Below are positions 9,634 to 18,937 of a stretch of 64,000 bases of DNA, in pieces. The stretch is from a bacterium (GTDB taxonomy: Bacteria > Desulfobacterota > JAPLJL01). The translations under genes were made by a program, and so were the position numbers. Positions within the stretch are counted from its first letter, which is position 1. Every line of letters begins with the position of its first letter. The notes under the pieces were generated by a model. That model searched no databases. It was not told the origin of the DNA and saw only the letters and a program-made list of their open reading frames with translations. The DNA lies in NCBI GenBank assembly GCA_028713675.1, contig JAQTNV010000001.1, positions 73,879 to 137,878 on the forward strand. Direction: 5' to 3'.

Positions 9634-10809
9634 TTACCATTTTAGAAACACTTCCTCCGCGAAGCCCAGGATTTTATCCACCTCGACCCGGCGGCCGTCG
9701 TCGAGCACCACCGAACCGCTGTAATAACCGTAAAGCTTGTGCAGGCGGGCCGACTTGACCAGGGCGTTGGCGCCCACATGCTGGTCGTATATCGGCTCAA
9801 GCGTCATTTCGAAACGGCCGTCGTTGCCCCGGAAATGCCAGGGCTTCATATATTCTTTGGTGTCGTAATCCCAGGTCACCCGGTCGAGCTTGTGGCCGGC
9901 ATTGTCGTAAACCACCAGGTTTTCCGAGGCGGCGCTCATGTCGCCGAATCCGTTCCCGATATTGAAGCCGACGGAAGCGCCATTCACCTTTCCCGAGGCC
10001 GCCCCCCAGCGCCACATTAATTTCCGGGGCCAGGCCCCCCTCCCCCAATCCATTACCGCCCAGGCTTCCCCGGCCGGGAAAGAAATCTTCCGGTCCCCGG
10101 CCTCGACCTCCCCGGACGCCGGCATGTTCACAATCTTATGCTCGTAGAAAAACTCCCGGGGGTCTTCCGGGAAAGGCGTGGCCAGGGCCAGGAAATCCAT
10201 CTTGGGGTCCTGGAGCATCTCGATTCGGCCCCGCATCCGGTCGGTGAACAGGGTTTTGGGGATATCGAAAACAGCGATCCTTTTATCCGCGGTCCGCTCG
10301 TATCTCATCACCTCTTTGCCCCGGTATACGCAGGAAACCCCGCCGGTGCTCGACCGGGTCATTGAGAGTTTCAGGTCCCCCAGCAGGCTGACGACCCCGC
10401 CGGCCCTGGTTTCCCCGCTGGCGAAATCGATGGAATCCACGGTGCAGAAGCGCGCGTAGCCGATATCGGCGATGGTCAGATTCAGCACATAAGCCGAAGA
10501 CAAAACGGTGAAGAACTCCCATTCCCGCTTCTGTCCGGTGCCAAGTTTTATGTTCTCGGGGTTGTAGTTGAGGAGGGGGTGCGGAGACCAGCCGCGCTGG
10601 ATGAGAATCCCCTCATCGTTAAGAAGATCCGAAGGGGTGGTAATCAGGTGCTGTTCGGAGGGGGGCGTGACCGGCTGGGGTGTGGGAGGAAGCTGACCGC
10701 AGGAAATAAGGGAGAAGATGCAAGTGGCGATGAGCAGGGACAAGATGCAAGTGGTTAGATCCAAGTGAACCAAACGACCACCGATCAAATGAATAATTTT
10801 CATTCTCAT
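9634..10809 (-). CDS. lipoprotein, DUF2804-like
   Basis: Signal peptide with an LISCG lipobox. The C-terminal region resembles the DUF2804 family. This family call is from memory. Confidence 0.55.
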   Translation of the reverse strand: MRMKIIHLIGGRLVHLDLTTCILSLLIATCIFSLISCGQLPPTPQPVTPPSEQHLITTPSDLLNDEGILIQRGWSPHPLLNYNPENIKLGTGQKREWEFFTVLSSAYVLNLTIADIGYARFCTVDSIDFASGETRAGGVVSLLGDLKLSMTRSSTGGVSCVYRGKEVMRYERTADKRIAVFDIPKTLFTDRMRGRIEMLQDPKMDFLALATPFPEDPREFFYEHKIVNMPASGEVEAGDRKISFPAGEAWAVMDWGRGAWPRKLMWRWGAASGKVNGASVGFNIGNGFGDMSAASENLVVYDNAGHKLDRVTWDYDTKEYMKPWHFRGNDGRFEMTLEPIYDQHVGANALVKSARLHKLYGYYSGSVVLDDGRRVEVDKILGFAEEVFLKW

Positions 10810-11070
10810 ATCGGATAGCTTATCGGATTCGATTAAAACCGGGTAGAGAGATCTCATTCCCGCCCCGCATCAGAGTGCGGGATAAATTCCAACGGGAATC
10901 CATCTGAAAAATACTGGATTCCCTGGCCGACACGAGAGTTTAGCTCGGGCAGGCCGGCTTTCGCCGGAATGACAAAATTAAAGAACTTTTGATACACTTC
11001 TTTAGTTGATTATTAACTCGAAACTTTAAACTCGAAACTCGAAACCGTTTTTTTTGAAAGGAGCCTGGAA

Positions 11071-11544
11071 ATGTCCCGAGTCGTCATCATCATGGGTTCG
11101 AAAAGCGATCTGAAATGGTCCGAGGAAATCGCCGAGGCCTTGAAAAAGCTGGGCGTGGAATCCATCCTCCGGATCGCCTCCGCCCACAAGGTCCCGCTGA
11201 AATGCTTTGAAATCATAAAAAAATATGAAGACGAGAACGTGGTGTTCATCACCGTGGCCGGGAGGAGCAACGCCCTGAGCGGCTTCACCGACGCCCAGAC
11301 CCACTGCCCGGTGATCGCCTGCCCTCCTTACAGTGAAAAATTCGGGGGCGCCGATATCTGGTCCACCCTGAGAACGCCTTCGGCGGTGGCCCCGATGGTG
11401 GTGCTGGAGCCCGAAAACGCCGCCCTGGCCGCGGCCAAGATCCTGGGCCTGCAGGACAGGATCGTCCGGGAAAAGATCAAGCAATATCAGGCGAAGTCCC
11501 GGGAAACGATAGAGAAAGACGATAAGGAGATACAAAAAAGGTGA
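11071..11544 (+). CDS. purE: N5-carboxyaminoimidazole ribonucleotide mutase
   Basis: VVIIMGSKSD, ASAHK, VAGRSNALSG. A canonical PurE. Confidence 0.92.
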   Translation: MSRVVIIMGSKSDLKWSEEIAEALKKLGVESILRIASAHKVPLKCFEIIKKYEDENVVFITVAGRSNALSGFTDAQTHCPVIACPPYSEKFGGADIWSTLRTPSAVAPMVVLEPENAALAAAKILGLQDRIVREKIKQYQAKSRETIEKDDKEIQKR

Positions 11545-11880
11545 AAGGGTAAAGGGCATAGGGCATAGGGCATAGGGCATGGTGCATGGCGCAGGGAGCA
11601 AAAGGAAAAGACCAAAACGAGATTCTTCCCTCGATCATTCTCGGGACAAGTCGCCAGAGGTTTATACTGAGCGAAGCGAATGTGCTCAGAATGACACCTT
11701 TACAGACCGCCGACGGCCGCCTGCAGAAAAGGCGGGTTATGGGTGATGGGTGATAGGTCATAGGGTTTAAAACCCAACACCCACAACCCAACATTGTCAT
11801 TCTGAGCTAAGCGAAGAATCTCTCTTTTTCTTTCCCGGTATGCTGTCTACTGTCTACCTTTTGCCAAAAATGGACTGATC
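11545..11880. repeat. CATAGGGC array + inverted copy (11618-11695) of the 9147-9234 element + gtcattctgagctaagcgaagaatctc motif
   Basis: Direct reading. Confidence 0.75.
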
Positions 11881-13569
11881 TTGGAAAAGAATTATAAATT
11901 CTGGCCGGAGGGGGTGGAAAAGCATATTGATTACCCCGAGATCCCGGCCTTCGAAATCCTCCGCTCCTCCGCCCGCAAGTGGCCCGAAAGAAACGCCCTC
12001 ATCTTCCAGGGAAAGGAAATCACCTACCGTGAGCTCGATTCCCTCTCGGACCGCTTCGCCGCCGCCCTGGCGAAGCTGGGGGTCGCCAAAGGCCACCGGG
12101 TGGGGATCCATCTGCCCAACTCTCCCCAATTCGCCATCGCCTATTTCGGCATCCTCAAGGCCGGGGCGGTCTTTGTCCCGATCAGCACCATGCTGGCGGA
12201 TAAGGAGCTTTCCTTCCTGCTCCGGGACGCGGGGGTGGAGACTTACATCGGGCTTGACACCACCTGCAACGAAAAACATTACGCCCTTTCCGGCACCCCC
12301 GTGCAAAGGGTCATTCCGGTCAACCTTTCCGGTGAAGCCCCGGCCGCAAAATCCTCCCCGCCGGAAACCCGGGATTTCGCCGCCCTGCTGAAAGACTCCG
12401 ATCCCAATCCGCCCCGAATCGATTTCAATCCCCGGGAGGACCTGGCCCACATCGCCTACACCGGCGGGACCACCGGCACCCCCAAGGGAGCCATGATCAC
12501 CCATTACAACGTCGTGGTGAACACCTGCCAGTATTTCTGCTGGTTTGCCGGCGGGGTCCTGACCTGGCGGAACGGCATCATCGACATTGAAAGGCGGGAA
12601 GGCGACCGCGAGGAAAACCACTGCCTCCTCCCCGGCCGGGAAACAGTCCTGGTGGTTTCCCCCTGGTTTCACGCCATGGGCGTGATCGGCTACGTGAACC
12701 GCCTGCTCGTCCTGGGGGCCACGATCGTCGTGTTCCCCCGCTTCGACCCGGGGGAATTTCTCCGCGCCATTCCCCGGTACCGGCCCACCTTTTTCGGAGG
12801 CGCCCCCGCGCTTTTCATTCCCCTGATCGAGCACCCTCTTTACCGGGAAACGGACATGTCGGGGATCAAAGCGGTGGGGTCAGGGGCCGCGATCCTTTCT
12901 CCGAGCCTGATCTCCGCCCTGGAGGAAAAATTTCCCCGGCGCATTCTCGAAGGATACGGAATGACGGAAGCCACCATGGGCGCGGTCAACAGCCCCCCGA
13001 CCCCGAAAATCTGGAGGCCGGGCTCAGTCGGCCTGCCCATTCCCGACACCGAGATCAAAATCGTCGATCCGGAAAAAGGCGAAACCGAACTCCCGATCGG
13101 GGAGGCCGGCGAGATCTGCATCCGCGGGCCCCAGGTGATGAAAGGATACTTGAACCGTCCCGAGGAAACCGCCCAGGTCCTGCGCTCGGGCTGGCTTTAC
13201 TCCGGCGACATCGGGAGAATGGACGAGGACGGGTTCCTTTACATCGTGGACCGGAAGAAGGACATGCTCATCTACAAGGGATATAACGTCTACCCCCGCG
13301 ACCTGGAGGAGACGCTCAATTCCCATCCGGCCGTGGCGCAATCAGCGGTGGTCGGGAAGAAGGACCCGCGTTCCGGGGAACTGCCCGCGGCTTTTGTCCG
13401 GCTGGCTCCGGGAAAAACCGCCACCGAGCAGGAACTGCTCGAATACGCCAACCAGCGGCTCGCCGCCTATAAAAAAATCCGGATTCTGAAAATTGTCGAT
13501 TCCCTGCCGGTCAGCGCCGCCGGCAAGATCCTGAAAAGAGAACTGAAGAAAATAGTGGAAAGCTGGTAG
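11881..13569 (+). CDS. AMP-dependent acyl-CoA synthetase (long-chain fatty-acid--CoA ligase family)
   Basis: AMP-binding motifs YTGGTTGTPKGA and GYGMTE. TTG start as in the ORF track. Confidence 0.9.
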   Translation: MEKNYKFWPEGVEKHIDYPEIPAFEILRSSARKWPERNALIFQGKEITYRELDSLSDRFAAALAKLGVAKGHRVGIHLPNSPQFAIAYFGILKAGAVFVPISTMLADKELSFLLRDAGVETYIGLDTTCNEKHYALSGTPVQRVIPVNLSGEAPAAKSSPPETRDFAALLKDSDPNPPRIDFNPREDLAHIAYTGGTTGTPKGAMITHYNVVVNTCQYFCWFAGGVLTWRNGIIDIERREGDREENHCLLPGRETVLVVSPWFHAMGVIGYVNRLLVLGATIVVFPRFDPGEFLRAIPRYRPTFFGGAPALFIPLIEHPLYRETDMSGIKAVGSGAAILSPSLISALEEKFPRRILEGYGMTEATMGAVNSPPTPKIWRPGSVGLPIPDTEIKIVDPEKGETELPIGEAGEICIRGPQVMKGYLNRPEETAQVLRSGWLYSGDIGRMDEDGFLYIVDRKKDMLIYKGYNVYPRDLEETLNSHPAVAQSAVVGKKDPRSGELPAAFVRLAPGKTATEQELLEYANQRLAAYKKIRILKIVDSLPVSAAGKILKRELKKIVESW

Positions 13570-13690
13570 AGCGACCGGTCCGACCTGTCCGACCTGTCAG
13601 ACCAGTCGGACACTTCGGACCAGTCCGATTACGCTTTGTTTTTTGCTCTTTGCCCTTCGCCCTATGCCCTATGCTATATGCGCTCCGCGC

Positions 13691-14839
13691 TTACATCAGC
13701 CCCATCATCCGGGCGATGATCTGCTTCATGATCTCGGTCGACCCGGCGGTGATGGTCTGCACCCGCATGTCGCAGTAATAGTGCGCGATCGGATATTCCA
13801 TCATGTAGCCGTAGCCCCCGTGGAGCTGGACGCCGTAATAAGCCACCCGGTTGACGAGCTCGGTGTTATACCACTTGGCCATGGAGACTTCCTTGGTAAT
13901 GTCCTTCCCGTCCAGGTGGTCGTCCACGATCTTGTAGGTGAAGGTCTTGGCCATCTCGATCTCGGTGGCGAATTCAACCAGGCGGAAGGCGTTGGCCTGG
14001 AATTTGCTGATCGGGCGCCCGAAAGCCTCCCGGGTCTTGGCGTAATCGATCGTGAGGTTGAGAATCGTCTCGGCCATGAGAATGGAGCCCAGGCACGCCA
14101 CCAGCCTTTCCTGCTGGAGATTTTCCATCAGGATATAGAAGCCCTTCCCTTCCTCCCCCAGGAGATTGCTCACCGGCACCCGGCAGTCCTCGAAACTCAA
14201 TTCGGCGGTGTCGGCGGCGGTAACGCCCATCTTTTCCAGCCTCCGGCCCTTGGTGAAACCGGGGGTGCCGTCCTCCACCAGGATCAGGCTGATCCCGGTG
14301 TGGGGTGGCTTGGCCTTGGGATCGGTCTTGACCGCCACGATCACCAGGTTGCACTTGATCCCGTTAGAGATAAAGGTCTTCTGGCCGTTGATCACGTACT
14401 CGTCGCCTTTCCGGACCGCGGTGGTGCGGATGGCGGCCAGGTCCGACCCCGCGCCCGGCTCGGTCATGGCGATCGCCACAATGCAGTCGCCCTTGCAGGC
14501 GGCCGGCAGGTATTTCAGCTTCTGCGCTTCGGTCCCCTTCCGGGCCAGGTAGGGCATGGCGATGTCGTTATGAACGCTCATCCCGAGGCCCAGGTCCCGC
14601 GAGGTTTTCGAGTATTCCTCGTGAAGGACCACCGAGTAACTGAAGTCCAGCCCGGAACCGCCGTATTTCGGATCCACCCAGTAGCCGATGAAGCCCTGGT
14701 CTCCCAGCTTCTTCCAGATTTCCCGGGGGATGTCATGTTTTTCCTTCCACTCGTACATGTGCGGGGTCACCTCGTTGGCGAGAAACTTCCGGAGCGAGGC
14801 GCGGAAAAGCTCATGCTCTTCGGTGAATTTCAGCGGCAT
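13691..14839 (-). CDS. acyl-CoA dehydrogenase
   Basis: 382 aa with ACAD N-, middle and C-domain motifs (IAMTEPGAGSD, YGGYGY). Confidence 0.9.
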   Translation of the reverse strand: MPLKFTEEHELFRASLRKFLANEVTPHMYEWKEKHDIPREIWKKLGDQGFIGYWVDPKYGGSGLDFSYSVVLHEEYSKTSRDLGLGMSVHNDIAMPYLARKGTEAQKLKYLPAACKGDCIVAIAMTEPGAGSDLAAIRTTAVRKGDEYVINGQKTFISNGIKCNLVIVAVKTDPKAKPPHTGISLILVEDGTPGFTKGRRLEKMGVTAADTAELSFEDCRVPVSNLLGEEGKGFYILMENLQQERLVACLGSILMAETILNLTIDYAKTREAFGRPISKFQANAFRLVEFATEIEMAKTFTYKIVDDHLDGKDITKEVSMAKWYNTELVNRVAYYGVQLHGGYGYMMEYPIAHYYCDMRVQTITAGSTEIMKQIIARMMGLM

Positions 14840-15528
14840 CTTTTTATCCTCCTGGTTTTGTCTGTCTCGTCTATCTGGTCTATCTAGTCTATCTAGTCTA
14901 TCTAGTCTATCTGGTTTGTTTGGTTTGTCTGGTTTTCATTCGTCAATCGTCAATTCCTGTTGACCTTTCACCTGATTTAATGGGATTTATTATTTAATTT
15001 AACCCGCTGGAATTGTCAAATTGGAAAAGGGTAGACGGCATACGGTAGACGGCAGACCGGGCAAACATTTAAGGTGATGGGTGAATTAGCAAAGTGCATA
15101 GGGCATAGAGCATAGAGCATAGGGCATAGCGTTAAGAATGTTTTGCTGGTTCATATGGTTTCTCTGGTTCATCTGGTCTATCTCGTCTATCTAGTCTGTC
15201 TCGTTCATCTCAATCGCATAGGGCATGGAGCATAGGGCAGAGGGCAGAGAACAAAGAACATAAAGTTAAAAACGTTCGTCTGGTTCATCTGGTTTCCGAG
15301 CTCTGCGAGCCCGACGAAGCCCCGAAGTCCGCTGAAGCGAAGCGGAAGCTAACCGGGCGAAGTCTGGGATGGTTTCTCTAACCACCTAATCACCCAGCCA
15401 CCTATCCACCTAACCACCTAACCACCTAGCCACCTAACCACCTAACCACCTAGCCACCTAACCACCACGCAACCTTAAGGTTGCGGCTACCGCTCAACGT
15501 CTGCAGGGGTGGACAGGGAGAAATAGAA
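14840..15528. repeat. repeat block; its 15040-15480 part is the left arm of a long imperfect inverted repeat (CTAGATAGAC, CATAGGGC, CCACCTAA arrays, gcaaccttaaggttgc palindrome)
   Basis: Its reverse complement is found at 18540-18860. Confidence 0.8.
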
Positions 15529-16017
15529 ATGGTAAAAAATAACGACAAATTAAACTCGACTAACACGAGAAAGCCGATGAATCTCAAAAATCCATTGTCC
15601 GCTTCGGAATTACTGGAGAGATTCCGGAAAAAGCTGGAAAAGGATGTCGCCAAAATCGGCGTGCATCCCGACCAGCCCCAATTCTGGAAAAGATATTCCC
15701 TGGGAAAAATCGAGGGACTGGACACCTCCCATGAAATCTATCTCCGGGTGGCCACCCTGCAGGAATGGGGCCTTCCCTCGGAACTGATCTGCGTGAAAGG
15801 ATGGGTTTACACCCCCACCGCCAAGATTTACGAGAAATTCAAAAAACTCGGCTATGAATTGATCAGCCTTCATCCCAAAGCCAAGACACCCCTCCTGTTC
15901 AAAACCACCCCGGGGGAGGTGCATCTCTCCGTCCTGGGACTGGAAAGGCGCATGCGAGAAGATCATTTTACCCCTCCCGGCCAGGACGAGTGGTTCCTCC
16001 CCCCCGATAAGTCATAA
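15529..16017 (+). CDS. hypothetical protein (162 aa)
   Basis: ATG with a GGAG RBS. The track start at 15481 lies inside the repeat. No recognisable family. Confidence 0.5.
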   Translation: MVKNNDKLNSTNTRKPMNLKNPLSASELLERFRKKLEKDVAKIGVHPDQPQFWKRYSLGKIEGLDTSHEIYLRVATLQEWGLPSELICVKGWVYTPTAKIYEKFKKLGYELISLHPKAKTPLLFKTTPGEVHLSVLGLERRMREDHFTPPGQDEWFLPPDKS

Positions 16018-16193
16018 CGCGATCAGCCCCAGGAACGTTTGCAGGGTTAGCATCGTTAGTAGCGTTAGTAGCGTTAATAGCGCTAATAGCGTTAGTAGCG
16101 TTAATATCAAAACAGCGTTAGTTTCCGGTCGATTTAAACGGTCCCAACGGTACTAACGGTCCTAACGGTCTTAACGTTATTCAGCGAGGATAA
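16018..16193. repeat. TAGCGTTAG / CTAACGGTC arrays, mutually reverse-complementary (long hairpin potential) in the 5' region of the fusion gene
   Basis: Direct reading. Confidence 0.6.
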
Positions 16194-18524
16194 ATGGACA
16201 AGACAGAAATCATCGATTTTCTGAAAAATCAGGTGCCGCTTTTCCAGGGCTTCCCGGAAGCCCGCCTGCGGGAGCTGGTCGAGGGCTCACGCCTGACCCA
16301 CTATGCGGCCAACGAGGCGGCCATCCGGTTCGGCGAGGAGGGACGGTTCCTGGGCGTCATCCTCGAAGGGGAATCCGAGGTTTCCGTCACCGATGACAGC
16401 GGGGAAAAGCACCGGATCGGCCTCCTGAAAAAGGGGGACATCTTCGGCGAAATGTCGCTCATGACCGGGGACAAAACCATGGCCGACGTCATCGGGATCA
16501 CCTCCGGCCGGGCCCTGCTGATCCCCTCGAGCCTCTTCTCGACCATCCTGATCACGCACCCCCCGGCGGTTAAATACCTTTCGAAAACCATTTCCGAGCG
16601 CATCAAGCAGTCCGCCCGGGAAAACGCCGGCCGGGACCTGGCCGCCTCGGCATTCCGCGCCAGCGACGATCCCTACGGCTTCAAGCTCAAGAGCGAGGAG
16701 CCGCTGAAGGCCCTGGTGATAAACTGCGGATCCTCCTCCCTGAAATACAACCTTTTCGATACCGGAAACGAGAAGGCGAATGCCCGCGGGATGATCGAAA
16801 AAATCGGGGAAGAAGGCACCCGCCACACCTACCGCTCGGCCCGGGGGGAAATCTCACAAACCCTCCCGAATGGCGGTCACGCGGAGGCCTTCGCGGCCAT
16901 GATGTCGGCCCTGCGGGACCCGGACCGCGGGGTGATCGGCTCCCCGGATGAAATCGCCGCGGTGGGTCACCGGGTCGCGCACGGCGGGGATATCTTCCCG
17001 AACTCAACCATTATCACCGATAAGGTAATCAAGGAAATCCAAAACCTTTCCCGGCTGGCCCCCCTCCACAACCCGGTCAACCTGGTCGGAATCAGGGAGG
17101 CCCAGCGTCTTTTTCCCCGGGCCGCCCAGGTCGCGGTTTTCGACACCTCTTTTCACCAGACCCTGCCCGCCTACGCCTATCTCTACGGTCTGCCTTACGA
17201 GTATTACAAAAAGAACCGGATCCGCCGCTACGGTTTCCACGGGATGTCCCACGCCTACGTCGCCCTGAAGGCCGCGGAGCATCTCAAGCGGCGCTTCAAC
17301 GAGCTCGAGATCGTCACCTGCCACCTCGGGAACGGGGCCTCGATCTGCGCCGTCGACCACGGCCGCTCCATCGACACCTCCATGGGGCTGACCCCCACCG
17401 AGGGGCTGATCATGGGAACCCGCTCCGGCAACCTCGACCCCTCCGTGGTCACCCACCTGATCCGGACCGAGGGACTGGACCCGGACGCCATGGACCGCAT
17501 CCTGAACCGGGAAAGCGGACTGAAGGGAATCTCCGGCATCTCCAACGACATGCGGGACATCGAGAAAAACGCCCAGGAGGGCAACCAGCGCGCCCTCCTG
17601 GCCTTCAAGACCTTCTGCTACCAGGTCCGGAAATACATCGGGGCCTACGTGGCGGCGATGGGGGGGCTCGACGCCCTGGTCTTCACCGGCGGCATCGGCC
17701 AGGGCAGCGCGGGGGTGCGGAGCCTGGCCTGCCAGGGCCTGGGCTACATGGGCATCCAGATCGAGGAAAAGAAGAACCAGGAAGCCCGGGGCGCGGAGAC
17801 TGTCATCGACATCTCCGTCCCGGAAGCGCCGGTCCGGGTCCTGGTCATTCCCACCGACGAGGAGCGGATGATCGCCCGGGAAACCATCCGCACCCTGGGC
17901 CAGCGCCACGTGACCAGGATCATCAGCACCCAGAAAGACACTCCCATCCCCCTGGAGATCTCCGCCCACCACGTCCATCTCTGCCAGGCGCATGTCGAAG
18001 CCCTGTTCGGACCCGGGCACCAGCTCACCGCGGACAAGGATCTTTCCGAGCCCGGCCAGTTTTCCTGCAAGGAAACGGTCAACCTGGTCGGGCCCAAGGG
18101 CCGGGTGGAGCGGGTCCGTGTCCTCGGACCGACCCGGAAGGAAACCCAGATCGAAATTTCTATGACGGAGCAATTCAAACTCGGGATCCATCCCCCCATC
18201 CGGGAGTCCGGGGACATCGAGAACAGCCCGGGCATAACCCTGGAAGGCGCGGCCGGCACCCTGACCTTAAGCAAGGGGGTGATCTGCGCCATGCGCCATA
18301 CGCACATGTCGCCGGAGCACGCCCTGCTTTTCGGCCTCCGCGACCGCGACCGGGTCATGGTCAGGGTCAAGGGGGAGCGGGAACTGATTTTCGGGGACGT
18401 GCTGATCCGGGTCACCCCGGGGTTCAACCTGACCATGCATATCGATACCGACGAGGGAAACGCCGCCAACGTCAAGACCGGGGACCTGGGCTACATTGAG
18501 GCGATTCAGAATAGAGAACAGTAG
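16194..18524 (+). CDS. tri-domain fusion: cNMP-binding regulatory domain + acetate/propionate kinase (AckA) + PduL-type phosphate acyltransferase
   Basis: Residues 1-140 are a Crp-like cNMP-binding fold (GDIFGEMSL). The middle has ASKHA kinase motifs (LVINCGSSSLKY, HRVAHGG, HLGNGASICAV). The C-terminal ~200 aa carries two PduL repeats (ISAHHVHLCQAHVEALFG and ICAMRHTHMSPEHALLFG). Confidence 0.82.
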   Translation: MDKTEIIDFLKNQVPLFQGFPEARLRELVEGSRLTHYAANEAAIRFGEEGRFLGVILEGESEVSVTDDSGEKHRIGLLKKGDIFGEMSLMTGDKTMADVIGITSGRALLIPSSLFSTILITHPPAVKYLSKTISERIKQSARENAGRDLAASAFRASDDPYGFKLKSEEPLKALVINCGSSSLKYNLFDTGNEKANARGMIEKIGEEGTRHTYRSARGEISQTLPNGGHAEAFAAMMSALRDPDRGVIGSPDEIAAVGHRVAHGGDIFPNSTIITDKVIKEIQNLSRLAPLHNPVNLVGIREAQRLFPRAAQVAVFDTSFHQTLPAYAYLYGLPYEYYKKNRIRRYGFHGMSHAYVALKAAEHLKRRFNELEIVTCHLGNGASICAVDHGRSIDTSMGLTPTEGLIMGTRSGNLDPSVVTHLIRTEGLDPDAMDRILNRESGLKGISGISNDMRDIEKNAQEGNQRALLAFKTFCYQVRKYIGAYVAAMGGLDALVFTGGIGQGSAGVRSLACQGLGYMGIQIEEKKNQEARGAETVIDISVPEAPVRVLVIPTDEERMIARETIRTLGQRHVTRIISTQKDTPIPLEISAHHVHLCQAHVEALFGPGHQLTADKDLSEPGQFSCKETVNLVGPKGRVERVRVLGPTRKETQIEISMTEQFKLGIHPPIRESGDIENSPGITLEGAAGTLTLSKGVICAMRHTHMSPEHALLFGLRDRDRVMVRVKGERELIFGDVLIRVTPGFNLTMHIDTDEGNAANVKTGDLGYIEAIQNREQ

Positions 18525-18937
18525 GCAGCAAAGGGCATAGGGCATAGAGCAAAGCGGTAGCCGCAACCTTAAGGTTGCGTGGTGGTTGGGTGGTTGGGTG
18601 GTTAGGTAGTTGGGTGGTTAGAGAAACCATCCCAGACTTCGCCCGGTTAGCTTCCGGTTAGCTTCCGCTTCGCTTCAGCGGACTTCGGGGCTTCGTCGGG
18701 CTCGCAGAGCTCGGAAACCAGATGAACTAGATGAACTAGATAGACGAGATAGACGAGATAGACCAGATAGACCAGGTAAATCAGAGAAACCAGATAGACG
18801 ATTAACGATAAGCAGCTCAAATTAAATGTTTGCCCGGCCTACCGTCTACCCTAAAATTTTCTTGACTTGAAATGAATTACGGTGTTATAAAATAGCACCG
18901 ATCATTTTTATATGGCGGCCGAAAGCAAACTTTAAAA
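18525..18937. repeat. right arm of long inverted repeat (reverse complement of 15040-15480)
   Basis: Sequence comparison. Arrays differ in copy number and a ggttagcttcc unit is duplicated. Confidence 0.8.

Noticed and set aside
14840-15528. Possible CRISPR array, given the many short repeats
   Set aside because: The repeats are contiguous short-period tandem units (7-16 bp) with no unique spacers of 25-40 bp between constant repeats. There are no cas genes.
16287-18566. Several minus-strand ORFs (179, 395, 243 aa) inside the Ack-PduL fusion gene
   Set aside because: Antisense to a well-supported multi-domain CDS. The products are Arg/Pro/Gly-rich low-complexity.
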